Below, one piece after another: positions 27,239 to 37,451 of a stretch of 64,000 nt of DNA. The notes beneath the pieces were generated by a model. That model saw nothing but the letters and a program-made list of their open reading frames with translations, was not told the DNA's origin and ran no database searches. The position numbers and the translations under genes are program-made. Origin of the DNA: Vicinamibacteria bacterium (GTDB lineage: Bacteria; Acidobacteriota; Vicinamibacteria; Marinacidobacterales; Marinacidobacteraceae); assembly GCA_964291235.2 (NCBI GenBank), contig OZ219816.1:256001-320000 (forward strand). Reading direction: 5' to 3'. Each line of letters starts with the position of its first letter. The stretch's first letter is position 1.

Positions 27239-28585
27239 GCGCTCGGCGGGGTCCATGTCCTGCTGGGCGGCGTCCTGGGCGCGGTGTTCCAGCGGGAACT
27301 GGGGTTTTGGTGGCACGCCGGGACCCACGCGGCGCTCCTCGCCCCGTTGCTCCTCGTCGGGCTGCCCCTCGTCCGGGGGCGGAACCTCGGAATTTCTCCC
27401 CGCCGGGTGCTGCAGCTCGTGCTCGTGGCGGGACTCGCCAGCCGGGCCCTCCTCGTCGGCGTGCCCCCCTCCCCGCAGGCCGACATCCACCGGATGATCT
27501 GGGAGGGGCGGGTTCCCTCCGTGGGGGGGGACCCCTATCGCCACGCGCCCGACGCCCCCGAGCTCGCCGAACTCGCCGCCGCGCTCCCCGAGATCCGCGC
27601 CGGAGTGAACTACTGGAAGCTGCCGGCGATCTACCCGCCCGCGGCGCAGCTGTTCTTCCGGGCGACGACGGCGATCTCCGTCCACCCGACGGCGATGAAG
27701 ACGGCGCTGGTGCTCGTGGAGGGACTGCTCATCCTGGCGCTCATCCAGTTGCTGCGCCGCCGCCGTCTGCACCCCGGGCTCGTGGTGCTCTACGTCTGGA
27801 ACCCGCTGCCGCTGACCGAGATCGCGGGCGCCGGCCACAGCGACGCCCTCGGCCTGGCCTTCCTCGGGCTCGGGATCCTGGCCGCCGAGTCCCTTCGTCC
27901 GGCAGCGGCCTCGGGTCTCGCGGCCCTCTCGGCGCTCTCCAAGTTCGCCGGCGGGGTGCTCCTTCCCTTCCTCCTGTTCCCTCGGCGCCGGGAGGACCGC
28001 AAGCCCCTGCGCGTGCTGCTCGCCGCCGCCGGCGCCACGGCGCTGGTCGCCGGCCCCTGGCTGCGGCCCGGACTCCTGGACCAGGGGCTCCTGGCGCGGC
28101 TTGGGGAAATGACCGAAAGCCTCTGGCTCTACGCCCGCCACTGGCGCTACAACGAGTCCGGCTTCCTGGCGATCGAGGCGATCCTCGGCGAGTCCGGCCG
28201 GATCGCCGTGCTCGCTCTGCTACTCGGGCTCCTCCTCGCCTTCCTCTACCGCCGGGTGGAACCGGCGCTCGCGGTGCCGCTTCTCGCCGGGACGCTGTTC
28301 CTGCTCTCCCCGGTGGCCCACCCCTGGTATTTCCTCTGGGCGCTCCCCTTCATGGTCCTGCACCCGGAGCGCCGGGTGTTGCTCAGCGCAACCCTGGTTC
28401 TCTCCGGGACCCTGGTGCTCGCCTACTGGGGGCCCTGGCACACGCCGCTCGGCGAGCCCTGGCACCTTCCCTGGCCCATCCGCCTCGCGGAATACCTGCC
28501 CGTGGCCCTGATCCTGGGCGCCGGCGGAGCCGTCACCCTCGTTCGTCGCTTCGGCAACCCGCCGGGTCGCGGGCGCGCCGGCTGA
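27218..28585 (+). CDS. GT87/DUF2029-like polytopic membrane glycosyltransferase
   Basis: ADIHRMIWEG..GDPY, IYPPAAQ, YVWNPL..E..GHSD, SPVAHPWY motifs. Confidence 0.82.
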   Translation: MNTRWLAALGGVHVLLGGVLGAVFQRELGFWWHAGTHAALLAPLLLVGLPLVRGRNLGISPRRVLQLVLVAGLASRALLVGVPPSPQADIHRMIWEGRVPSVGGDPYRHAPDAPELAELAAALPEIRAGVNYWKLPAIYPPAAQLFFRATTAISVHPTAMKTALVLVEGLLILALIQLLRRRRLHPGLVVLYVWNPLPLTEIAGAGHSDALGLAFLGLGILAAESLRPAAASGLAALSALSKFAGGVLLPFLLFPRRREDRKPLRVLLAAAGATALVAGPWLRPGLLDQGLLARLGEMTESLWLYARHWRYNESGFLAIEAILGESGRIAVLALLLGLLLAFLYRRVEPALAVPLLAGTLFLLSPVAHPWYFLWALPFMVLHPERRVLLSATLVLSGTLVLAYWGPWHTPLGEPWHLPWPIRLAEYLPVALILGAGGAVTLVRRFGNPPGRGRAG

Positions 28586-28603
28586 ACGGCCGGCGCGGAC
28601 GGC

Positions 28604-29398
28604 TCATTCCGGACCGGAACCGGACTCCAGGCGGCGGAAATGCGCCACCGCGAGCGCCGCGGCGTAGCCGCCGCCGAAGCCGTTGTCGATGTTGACCACG
28701 GTGACTCCCGGCGCACAACTGTTGAGCAGCGAGAGCAGCGCCGTGAGGCCGCCCCACGAAGCGCCGTATCCCGTGGACGTCGGCACCGCCACGATCGGGC
28801 ACGGCGCGAGGCCGGCCACCACGGGCGCAAGCGCCGCCTCCATCCCGGCGACGACCACCATGGCGTGCAGCGAACGGAAGGACGACGCCTCGGTGAGGAG
28901 GCGCTGGATGCCGGCGACCCCAATGTCGAAGATCCGCCGGACGTCGGCGCCCAGGAGTTCGGCGGTGAGGGCCGCTTCCTCGGCAACCGGGATGTCCGAC
29001 GTCCCCGCCGAGACCACCCCGATGCGGGCGCCCGTCGGCTCCGGCGCAGTGCGGGAGACGACCACGGCTCGGGCTTCGGCATGCCAGGCCGCATCCGGGA
29101 ACTCCGCGACAACGGCCCGCGCGGTCTCGGGCGCCGCCCGGGTGACGAGAGTCTGTCCGGCGGTGGCCGAAAGCGCCCCCACGATCGCGACCACCTGCTC
29201 CGCGGTCTTACCCTCGGCAAGCACCACCTCGGGAAAACCGCGGCGGAGTTCGCGGTGATGGTCCAGGCGCGCGAAGGGCGTCTTCCCCTCTTCACCGACC
29301 GCTTCAAACGGAAAGCGCAGGCGCCGCTCCGCTTCTTTCGGCGCCACCTCGCCGGCGGCGACGCCCTCCAGGAGAAGGCGGAGGGATTCGTCGTTCAT
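28604..29398 (-). CDS. larB: Nickel-pincer cofactor biosynthesis protein LarB (AIR carboxylase-like)
   Basis: DHHRELRRGFPEVV, SAGTSD.PVAEEA, DIGVAG, VAGME.AL, VPTSTGYG, VVNIDNGFG. Confidence 0.92.
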   Translation of the reverse strand: MNDESLRLLLEGVAAGEVAPKEAERRLRFPFEAVGEEGKTPFARLDHHRELRRGFPEVVLAEGKTAEQVVAIVGALSATAGQTLVTRAAPETARAVVAEFPDAAWHAEARAVVVSRTAPEPTGARIGVVSAGTSDIPVAEEAALTAELLGADVRRIFDIGVAGIQRLLTEASSFRSLHAMVVVAGMEAALAPVVAGLAPCPIVAVPTSTGYGASWGGLTALLSLLNSCAPGVTVVNIDNGFGGGYAAALAVAHFRRLESGSGPE

Positions 29399-29433
29399 CG
29401 GCCGGGGAGTGTGGCACGCTTGCGCCAGATCCG

Positions 29434-31232
29434 ATGGCGGGGCGAGAGGAATTCCGGGAACAGGTTCGGGAATCGAACGACATCGTCGAAGTGGTCGGCG
29501 AGGCGGTCGCCCTCCGTCCGGCGGGACCGGGGCGCTACACCGGGCTGTGCCCCTTCCACAACGAGACCGCTCCCTCCTTCCAGGTCAACGCGGAACTTGG
29601 GTTCTTCCACTGCTTCGGCTGCAAGGAGAGCGGCGACGTCTTCGGCTTCCTGATGAAACGCGAGGGTCTGTCGTTTCCTGAAGCCCTCAACCAACTGGCG
29701 CGGCGGGCCGGAATCCCGATTCCCGAGACGGATCCGAAGACGTTCTCCCGCGACGAAAAGCTCCGGGATGCCAACCGGAAGGCGCTCGACTACTACCAGC
29801 GCCTGCTGCGTGGCGAGGCCGGCCACCCGGCGCGCGCCTATCTGAAAAAGCGCGGCCTCACCCAGAGCACGATCGCCGAGTACGGCCTGGGTTTCGCCCC
29901 GAACCGCTGGGACGACCTCACCACCACCCTCGAGAAAGGCGGAATCACCCGGGCGGTCCTCCTCGAAGCCGGCCTGACCCGCGAAGCTCCCCGCGGCGGC
30001 CACCGGGACTTCTTCCGGAATCGCCTCATCGTTCCCATCTTCGACAGCCAGGGACGCGCCGCCGGCTTCGCGGGCCGGAGCCTCGACGGATCGGAGCCGA
30101 AGTACATCAACAGCCCCGACACCCCCGTGTATCGGAAGCGCTCGGTGCTCTACGGGCTCCACCTCGCGCGGAGCGCCATCCGGCGCGAGCGCACCGCGAT
30201 CCTCTTCGAGGGGTACTTCGACTGCCTGTCCGCCTGGCAGGCGGGGGTCGCCGGCGCGGTAGCGGTGTGCGGCACCGCGCTCACCCCGGACCACGCGAAG
30301 CTCCTGTCGTCGCAGACCCGCGACATCGTGCTCGCCTTCGACGCCGATGCCGGGGGCAGGCGCGCGACGCTGGCGAGCATCCCGATCCTGCTCGAGGCGC
30401 AGCTCCGGGTACGGGTCGCCCCGCTTTCCGGTGGACGGGACCCGGACGACGTGATTCGCGAGGAAGGCGCCGCCAATTTCCGGGAAATGATCCGCAAGGC
30501 GCCGGCGTTCGTGGAGTTCCTCGTCCAGGAGGCGCTGAGCGAGCCCGGTCGGGGGGTGGGCGCGCCGCCGCGGCGCGGGAGGTCCTCGAGATCATCGCCC
30601 GGGCGCCCAGCCCCCTGGACCGCGAGGAATGGCTCGGCGAGGCGGCCGGGCCGCTCGGCTTCCCGCTCGAAAGCGCGCGCGAAGAAATGGCGCGGCTCCG
30701 AAGCCGGTCGCCCCGGGGGAAACCCCGCGGCGGGACCACCGGGTCGCCCGAGAAACCCGTCGCGTCCCCGGCCGCACCCGCGCGGTCACCCACGCCCGCG
30801 GAACGGGACCTGATCCGCTGGGCCGATGCCAAACCCGACGTGGTGGCGGACCTCCTCCGGAAGGTGGAAACCGGCGATCTGGAGGGTTTCGCGAGCTCGT
30901 CCATCCTCCTGGATCTGAGGCAGGCGGCGGACGGAGGCGGCCCCCGGATCGCGGACCGGCTCCGGGAGCTGGCCGCCGAGACTTCAGACCGGCAGCGGCT
31001 GCTGATCGAAATCCAGATGGACCGGGTGGGCCTGAACACGGCGGGGCAAAGTCCCGGAGACTGCCTCGACGCCCTGCGCATCTCGAAGCTCCGACAGCGG
31101 CAGGCGCGGCTCCAGGCCGCCGCCCGGAGCGAAGGGGAGGAAGCGCTTCAGGCCCTTTCGGAGCTGCAGCGGATCAGCGAGGAGATCAATCGGTTGGTGG
31201 AGGGCGCGCCCGAGTCCGAGCGGGGGGTCTGA
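29434..31232 (+). CDS. dnaG: DNA primase, apparent frameshift near 30560
   Basis: CPFH..CFGC zinc domain, FRNRLIVPI, KYINSPDT, EGYFD, FDADAGG, DPDD; helical C-terminus continues in the 30267..31232 frame. Confidence 0.93.
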
Positions 31233-31610
31233 CCCATTCCATCGGGCTGGCGGGGTTTGCCGGCGGGAGCGCGCTCCTTCCGCATGCTAGAGTGCCGGAT
31301 TGCTGTTTGGCGTCGCCCGGCCGGCAATTTGCGCGGGGTGAGACGCCGGATCGATTCGAACTTGCCCGTCCTTGCTGTCCGTTCCCGCGGGGAATTCCCT
31401 TTCCGAAGAGTTTGTGGGAACTCTGTGCTCGCGGGCGCCGTGCACCGAATGAGAATGCCGGCGACCCCCAATTCGCCGGCTATCTACATCGCCCGTGCGG
31501 AGTCGGGACTTTCGAAACCGACTCCCGTCCTCGCTGGACGACCGGCCAAGGCCCCCGTGACGGGAAGCTGCTGAGGATCGGGTCAAGAGGACTTGCCCGG
31601 AGGATCAACC

Positions 31611-33359
<1,749 letters not shown>

Positions 33360-33385
33360 GCGGCAGAGGGTCCTTGCTACCGGCC

Positions 33386-33458
33386 GGGCCCATAGCTCAG
33401 TGGTCAGAGCGGCCGGCTCATAACCGGTTGGTCCCAGGTTCAAGTCCTGGTGGGCCCA
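33386..33458 (+). tRNA. tRNA-Ile2 (anticodon CAT, lysidine type)
   Basis: GGGCCCA/TGGGCCC acceptor stem, TAGCTCAGTGGTCAGAGC D arm, GCCGG-CTCATAA-CCGGT anticodon arm, GGTTCAAGTCC T arm, discriminator A; typical position after rpoD. Confidence 0.92.
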
Positions 33459-33540
33459 CCGGCCGGGCTTTCGGCAGGGTCCGCGCCGGCGCCAGAAGAA
33501 CCGGCGGCGGACTCGGTACTCGCGTCACCCGCCCCAAGGT

Positions 33541-34275
33541 TTGCTGAGCGTGCTTCCCGAGCTCTCAACGCTCCGGGAGGTCCAGGGACTGGATGTGCGG
33601 CTGGCGGCCCATGATCGGGAACTCGCCCGGGTTCCCGGCGCCCTGGCGGGCATCGACGGCGAGATCGAGGCGGCGAAGGCCCACGTGAAGGCGGTCGAGG
33701 AAGAACTTCGGGAGACCGCGGCCGAGCGCCGGCGGGCGGAGACCGACCTCGAAGATGCCGAGGCGAACGTGGAAAAGTACAACGACCAGTTGCTCGGAGC
33801 TCGCAGCAACGACGAGTACAAGGGCCTGCAAAAGCAGATCGAGAACACGAAGACGAGAATCGGAACGATCGAGGATCAGATCCTGGCCCTGATGGAAAAG
33901 GCCGACGAGCTGGACAAGACGCTCGCCGACCACAAACGGACGTTTTCGGAGCGCAGCGCCGTACTGGAGGTCCGCAAGACCGATATCCGGTCCCAGGCCA
34001 GACAGAAGGAAGAGCAGCGGAATCAGCTTCGCAAGCGGCGCGCGACGGCCTTCGCCGGTCTTTCCGATGAGATCGCGGCCCGCTACGAGCGACTCCGCGG
34101 GGCGCGGCAGGGGATCGCGGTGGTGCCCGTCCGGGATGAGCGGTGCGCCGGGTGCAACGTGCGGTTGAGGCCCCAGCTCCTCGAGGAAATCCACGCCGGA
34201 CACACGATCCTGGCCTGCGAAACCTGCGCCCGTATCCTGTTCTTCGAACCGGAAGCGCCGGCGAAGTCCGCATGA
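33541..34275 (+). CDS. C4 zinc-ribbon coiled-coil protein (DUF164, CT398/HP0958-like)
   Basis: Long coiled coil followed by CAGC..CETCARIL. Confidence 0.88.
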   Translation: MLSVLPELSTLREVQGLDVRLAAHDRELARVPGALAGIDGEIEAAKAHVKAVEEELRETAAERRRAETDLEDAEANVEKYNDQLLGARSNDEYKGLQKQIENTKTRIGTIEDQILALMEKADELDKTLADHKRTFSERSAVLEVRKTDIRSQARQKEEQRNQLRKRRATAFAGLSDEIAARYERLRGARQGIAVVPVRDERCAGCNVRLRPQLLEEIHAGHTILACETCARILFFEPEAPAKSA

Positions 34276-35954
34276 GTCGGCTCCTCAGAGAGCGGGCCGA
34301 GAGACGGCGCGCGCGGGAGACCTGGCTCGAGGGGCCGGGCGCCGGTCTCCCCGACCCGGGGAGCCGCGCGGCCGGACTCCGGATCGCCGTCGGCTACCCG
34401 AACCGCTACACCCTCGGAATGTCCAACGTGGGCTTCCAGGCCGTCCACCGGTTCTTCCATCTCCTGCCGGACACGGCGAGCGAGCGGTTCTTCCTGCCCG
34501 ACCGCGCCGAAATGGAGGAGTACCGGAGGACCGGACTTCCCCTGCGCACGCTCGAGAGCGGAAGTCCGGTGCGAGGCTTCGACGTCGTGGCGTTTTCGAT
34601 CACGTTCGAACCCGATGTGGTCCACCTCGTCGAGATGCTGCAACTCGCGGGGATTCCTCCGCTGGCGGCGGACCGCGGCCCCCGGGACCCGCTGGTGATC
34701 GCCGGTGGCCCGGTGACCTTCCTGAACCCGGAGCCGCTCGCTCCGTTCGTGGACGCGTTCGGCGTCGGGGAGGCGGAGGCCCTTCTTCCGGCATTCACCG
34801 ACATTCTCCGGGCCGGCACCCGGGAGGAACGCCTCCACGGCCTGGCCGCGGAGTCGGGGTTTTACGTGCCGGCCACCCACGAGGTCGAATACACCCCCGA
34901 GGGGCGGGTGGTCCGCCGGCGGATCGAGGGCGCGCCCCCGGTGGTGCGGGCCCGCATGGGCAAGGACGCCCGGTTCCCGCCCCCGGCGACCTACATCCTC
35001 ACCCAGGACACCGAGATGTCGGACAAGTTCCTGGTGGAGGTGTCGCGCGGCTGTCCGACGCTCTGCCGGTTCTGCTGGGCCGGCTACAACTACCTGCCGA
35101 AGCGCTCCTTCGAGGTGGAACAGCTGCTCGCCCTGGCCCGCAGCGCCCGCCCCCACACCGACCGGATCGGCCTGGTTTCGACGGCCGTGGGCGCCCATCG
35201 CGAAATCGTCCCGCTGGTGTCGAACCTCCGGGACCAGGGGTTTCGGGTCAGCGTCTCGTCCATTCGTTTCGAGGACGTGCGGGACGAGTTCGCCCGGCCG
35301 CTCGCGGAGAGCGGGGAACGGACCGTCGCCATCGCGCCGGAGGTGGGCACCGACCGCCTGCGGAAGGCCATCCACAAGCGGGTCACGAATGACGAGATTT
35401 TCGACAAGACAGCGACCCTGCTGGAAGCCGGAGTGGAAAATCTGAAGCTCTACCTGATGGTGGGGCTGCCGGGCGAGACCGATGCGGACGTGGAGGCCAT
35501 CGTCCCGCTGGTGCGCCGGATTCGGGACCTCGTCAGGGCGAAGCGGCGTGGCGGCCGCACCATCGCGAGCGTCAATCCCTTCATTCCCAAGCCGGGAACG
35601 CCCTTCCAGTGGCGTCCGATGGCGCCCCTTCCGGTGCTGCAGGCGCGGCTCCGTTACCTGCAGCGCGAACTGGGAGCGCTCTCCGGAGTCGAAGCACACT
35701 GCAAGTCCCCGCGGATGGAACGTCTCCAGGCGCTGCTGGCGCTCGGCGACCGCCGCCTCGCTCCGGTCATTCTCGCCCTCGCCGAGGGGCGCGGCCTGAA
35801 CCGGAGCCTCAAGGAGGCCGGACTGTCGCTGGACGCCTACCTCTACCGGCGGCGGGAGCTCGACGAAGAACTCCCGTGGAGTTTCCTCGACACCGGGATG
35901 AAGGACAGCCTGCTCAAGGATCAGCTCGCGAAGGCCGACCGCCTGGTGGCGTAG
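34272..35954 (+). CDS. Radical SAM protein (B12-binding-like N-terminus)
   Basis: YPNRYTLGMSNVGF, RGCPTLCRFC (CxxxCxxC), YLMVGLPGET, FIPKPGTPFQ; ATGA overlap with the upstream gene. Confidence 0.9.
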   Translation: MSRLLRERAERRRARETWLEGPGAGLPDPGSRAAGLRIAVGYPNRYTLGMSNVGFQAVHRFFHLLPDTASERFFLPDRAEMEEYRRTGLPLRTLESGSPVRGFDVVAFSITFEPDVVHLVEMLQLAGIPPLAADRGPRDPLVIAGGPVTFLNPEPLAPFVDAFGVGEAEALLPAFTDILRAGTREERLHGLAAESGFYVPATHEVEYTPEGRVVRRRIEGAPPVVRARMGKDARFPPPATYILTQDTEMSDKFLVEVSRGCPTLCRFCWAGYNYLPKRSFEVEQLLALARSARPHTDRIGLVSTAVGAHREIVPLVSNLRDQGFRVSVSSIRFEDVRDEFARPLAESGERTVAIAPEVGTDRLRKAIHKRVTNDEIFDKTATLLEAGVENLKLYLMVGLPGETDADVEAIVPLVRRIRDLVRAKRRGGRTIASVNPFIPKPGTPFQWRPMAPLPVLQARLRYLQRELGALSGVEAHCKSPRMERLQALLALGDRRLAPVILALAEGRGLNRSLKEAGLSLDAYLYRRRELDEELPWSFLDTGMKDSLLKDQLAKADRLVA

Positions 35955-35964
35955 AGCGGTCCGG

Positions 35965-36183
35965 GTGGCGTAGAGCGGTCCGGAACCGGGGCCGCCGCCG
36001 GGCTGTTGGTGGACACGCCCCTCCGGTGTCTTGGGATAGGCCCCGATTCCGAACCGCCCGGCGCTACGCGCCGCGAACCGAAACTCCCTCGCGTGCCTCC
36101 GGCACGCCGCGGCGAGTTCCGATTCGTCGTTACCTTCTTGTGAAGGGGGGGCGGGGCCCCCCTTTCACACTTTCCCCCCGGTC
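35965..36183 (-). repeat. Multi-hairpin element family A, copy 2
   Basis: Near-identical to 36297-36516; preceded by a 19-bp tandem duplication GTGGCGTAGAGCGGTCCGG (35946 and 35965). Confidence 0.88.
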
Positions 36184-37342
36184 ACGCCGGCAGCGAACAG
36201 AGTTCGCTGCCATTGTTCTTCTGCCCGTTCGACGAACCGCCATCGAACCTCCCTGAAAGACGATGCGCTGGCCAAATCCTTGAAGCAGAGCTCTCCGTGG
36301 CGTAGAGCGATCCGGAACCGGGGCCGCCGCCGGGCTGTTGGTGGACACGCCCCTCCGGTGTCTTGGGATAGGCCGCGATTCCGAACCGCCCGGCGCTACG
36401 CGCCGCGAACCGAAACTCCCTCGCGTGCCTCCGGCACGCCGCGGCGAGTTCCGATTCGTCATTACCTTCTTGTGAACGGGGGGCGGCGGCCCCCCTTTCA
36501 CACTTTCCCTCCGGTCTTGAAGCGGAATTCCCAGCCGCTGGCCCTGCCGCCACCACGACCGACCAGTTCCGGCCCACTCCCGGGCCTTCGCGCCGGTAGG
36601 AGTGAAACGCCGGCTGGCAGCGGGTGCAGAGCCCGGCGTCCCGGATCGACTCCTCCCGGAGTCCCGCCGCCAGGAGCTGGAGACGGTTCGCCAGCGGCAA
36701 GTCCAGGTGCGGCCGTTCCCGGTCTGGCGGATGGATCGCGAACCGTCCCACGTCGTGCCCGCTCCCTGCAAACGCGGACACCACCTCGGGGCCGACCTCG
36801 AAGCAACAGGCCCCGATAGACGGACCGATGACGGCGGCCAGGCGGGAGGCCGGCGCGCCCGCCTCGGCGGCGAGGGCGCGTGCGGCCTTTTCGACAACCC
36901 GGACCACCGTGCCGCGCCAACCGGCGTGCGCTCCCGCCACCGCACCGGTCACCGGGTCGGCCAGCAGCACGGGCACGCAGTCCGCGGCCTTGATCGCCGC
37001 GGCGGCGCCGGGAGTCCGGATCACCAGGGCGTCTGCCGCCGGCGGCGCCGAATGGCGCCCCTGAGCCGCCGCCCGGTGCACCCGGTCGCCGTGTACCTGC
37101 CGCAGGGAATGGAGGACCGGCGCGCCGACCGCACGTTCCAGAAGTTCGAGATCGGCGTCGGACTGGTCCCGGAGTCCGAACGACAAAGCGTCCCGCTGCC
37201 GGCCTCGGACCCGGGAGGTAAACCCGTGGGTGGCCGGAAAGTGCTCCGAGGCAAGCGCTTCCAGCGGTTCCTCGGACCCCAGGTTCACCCAACGGAAGCC
37301 GGCGGGGAGAACAGGGAAGCGGAGCGGAGCGCGGTGTGTCAA
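36182..37342 (-). CDS. pgeF: Peptidoglycan editing factor PgeF (YfiH); homology ends near 36540 but the ORF reads on through repeat copy 3
   Basis: HGFTSR, QVHG, ADCVPVLL, AHAGWRG, GPSIG.CCFEVG, CTRC..FHSYRR. Confidence 0.88.
   Translation of the reverse strand: MTHRAPLRFPVLPAGFRWVNLGSEEPLEALASEHFPATHGFTSRVRGRQRDALSFGLRDQSDADLELLERAVGAPVLHSLRQVHGDRVHRAAAQGRHSAPPAADALVIRTPGAAAAIKAADCVPVLLADPVTGAVAGAHAGWRGTVVRVVEKAARALAAEAGAPASRLAAVIGPSIGACCFEVGPEVVSAFAGSGHDVGRFAIHPPDRERPHLDLPLANRLQLLAAGLREESIRDAGLCTRCQPAFHSYRREGPGVGRNWSVVVAAGPAAGNSASRPEGKCERGAAAPRSQEGNDESELAAACRRHAREFRFAARSAGRFGIAAYPKTPEGRVHQQPGGGPGSGSLYATESSASRIWPAHRLSGRFDGGSSNGQKNNGSELCSLPA
36297..36516 (-). repeat. Multi-hairpin element family A, copy 3
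   Basis: Direct repeat of copy 2 at an offset of about 332 bp. Confidence 0.88.
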
Positions 37343-37381
37343 GGCGGCCGAATCAGCAGCGCCGTTTGGCGGACCGATGTC

Positions 37382-37403
37382 TCGCCCCCCTCGCGGGGGG
37401 CGA
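37382..37403 (-). terminator. GC-rich stem-loop downstream of ftsZ (GCGA tetraloop on the sense strand)
   Basis: TCGCCCCCC-GCGA-GGGGGGCGA; no U-tract, so it may be a stabiliser or processing hairpin. Confidence 0.35.
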
Positions 37404-37451
37404 TGCCGGCCAGCAGCCGGCGGTCCTCTTTGTGCCGCGCGTTACCCAACC

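Noticed and set aside
30540-30580. Programmed frameshift or pseudogenisation of dnaG (also the S9 and GT2 breaks)
   Set aside because: dnaG is essential; the single-base breaks lie mostly in G/C runs in several unrelated genes, and no slippery heptamer was seen. Assembly indels are more likely; read polishing would decide.
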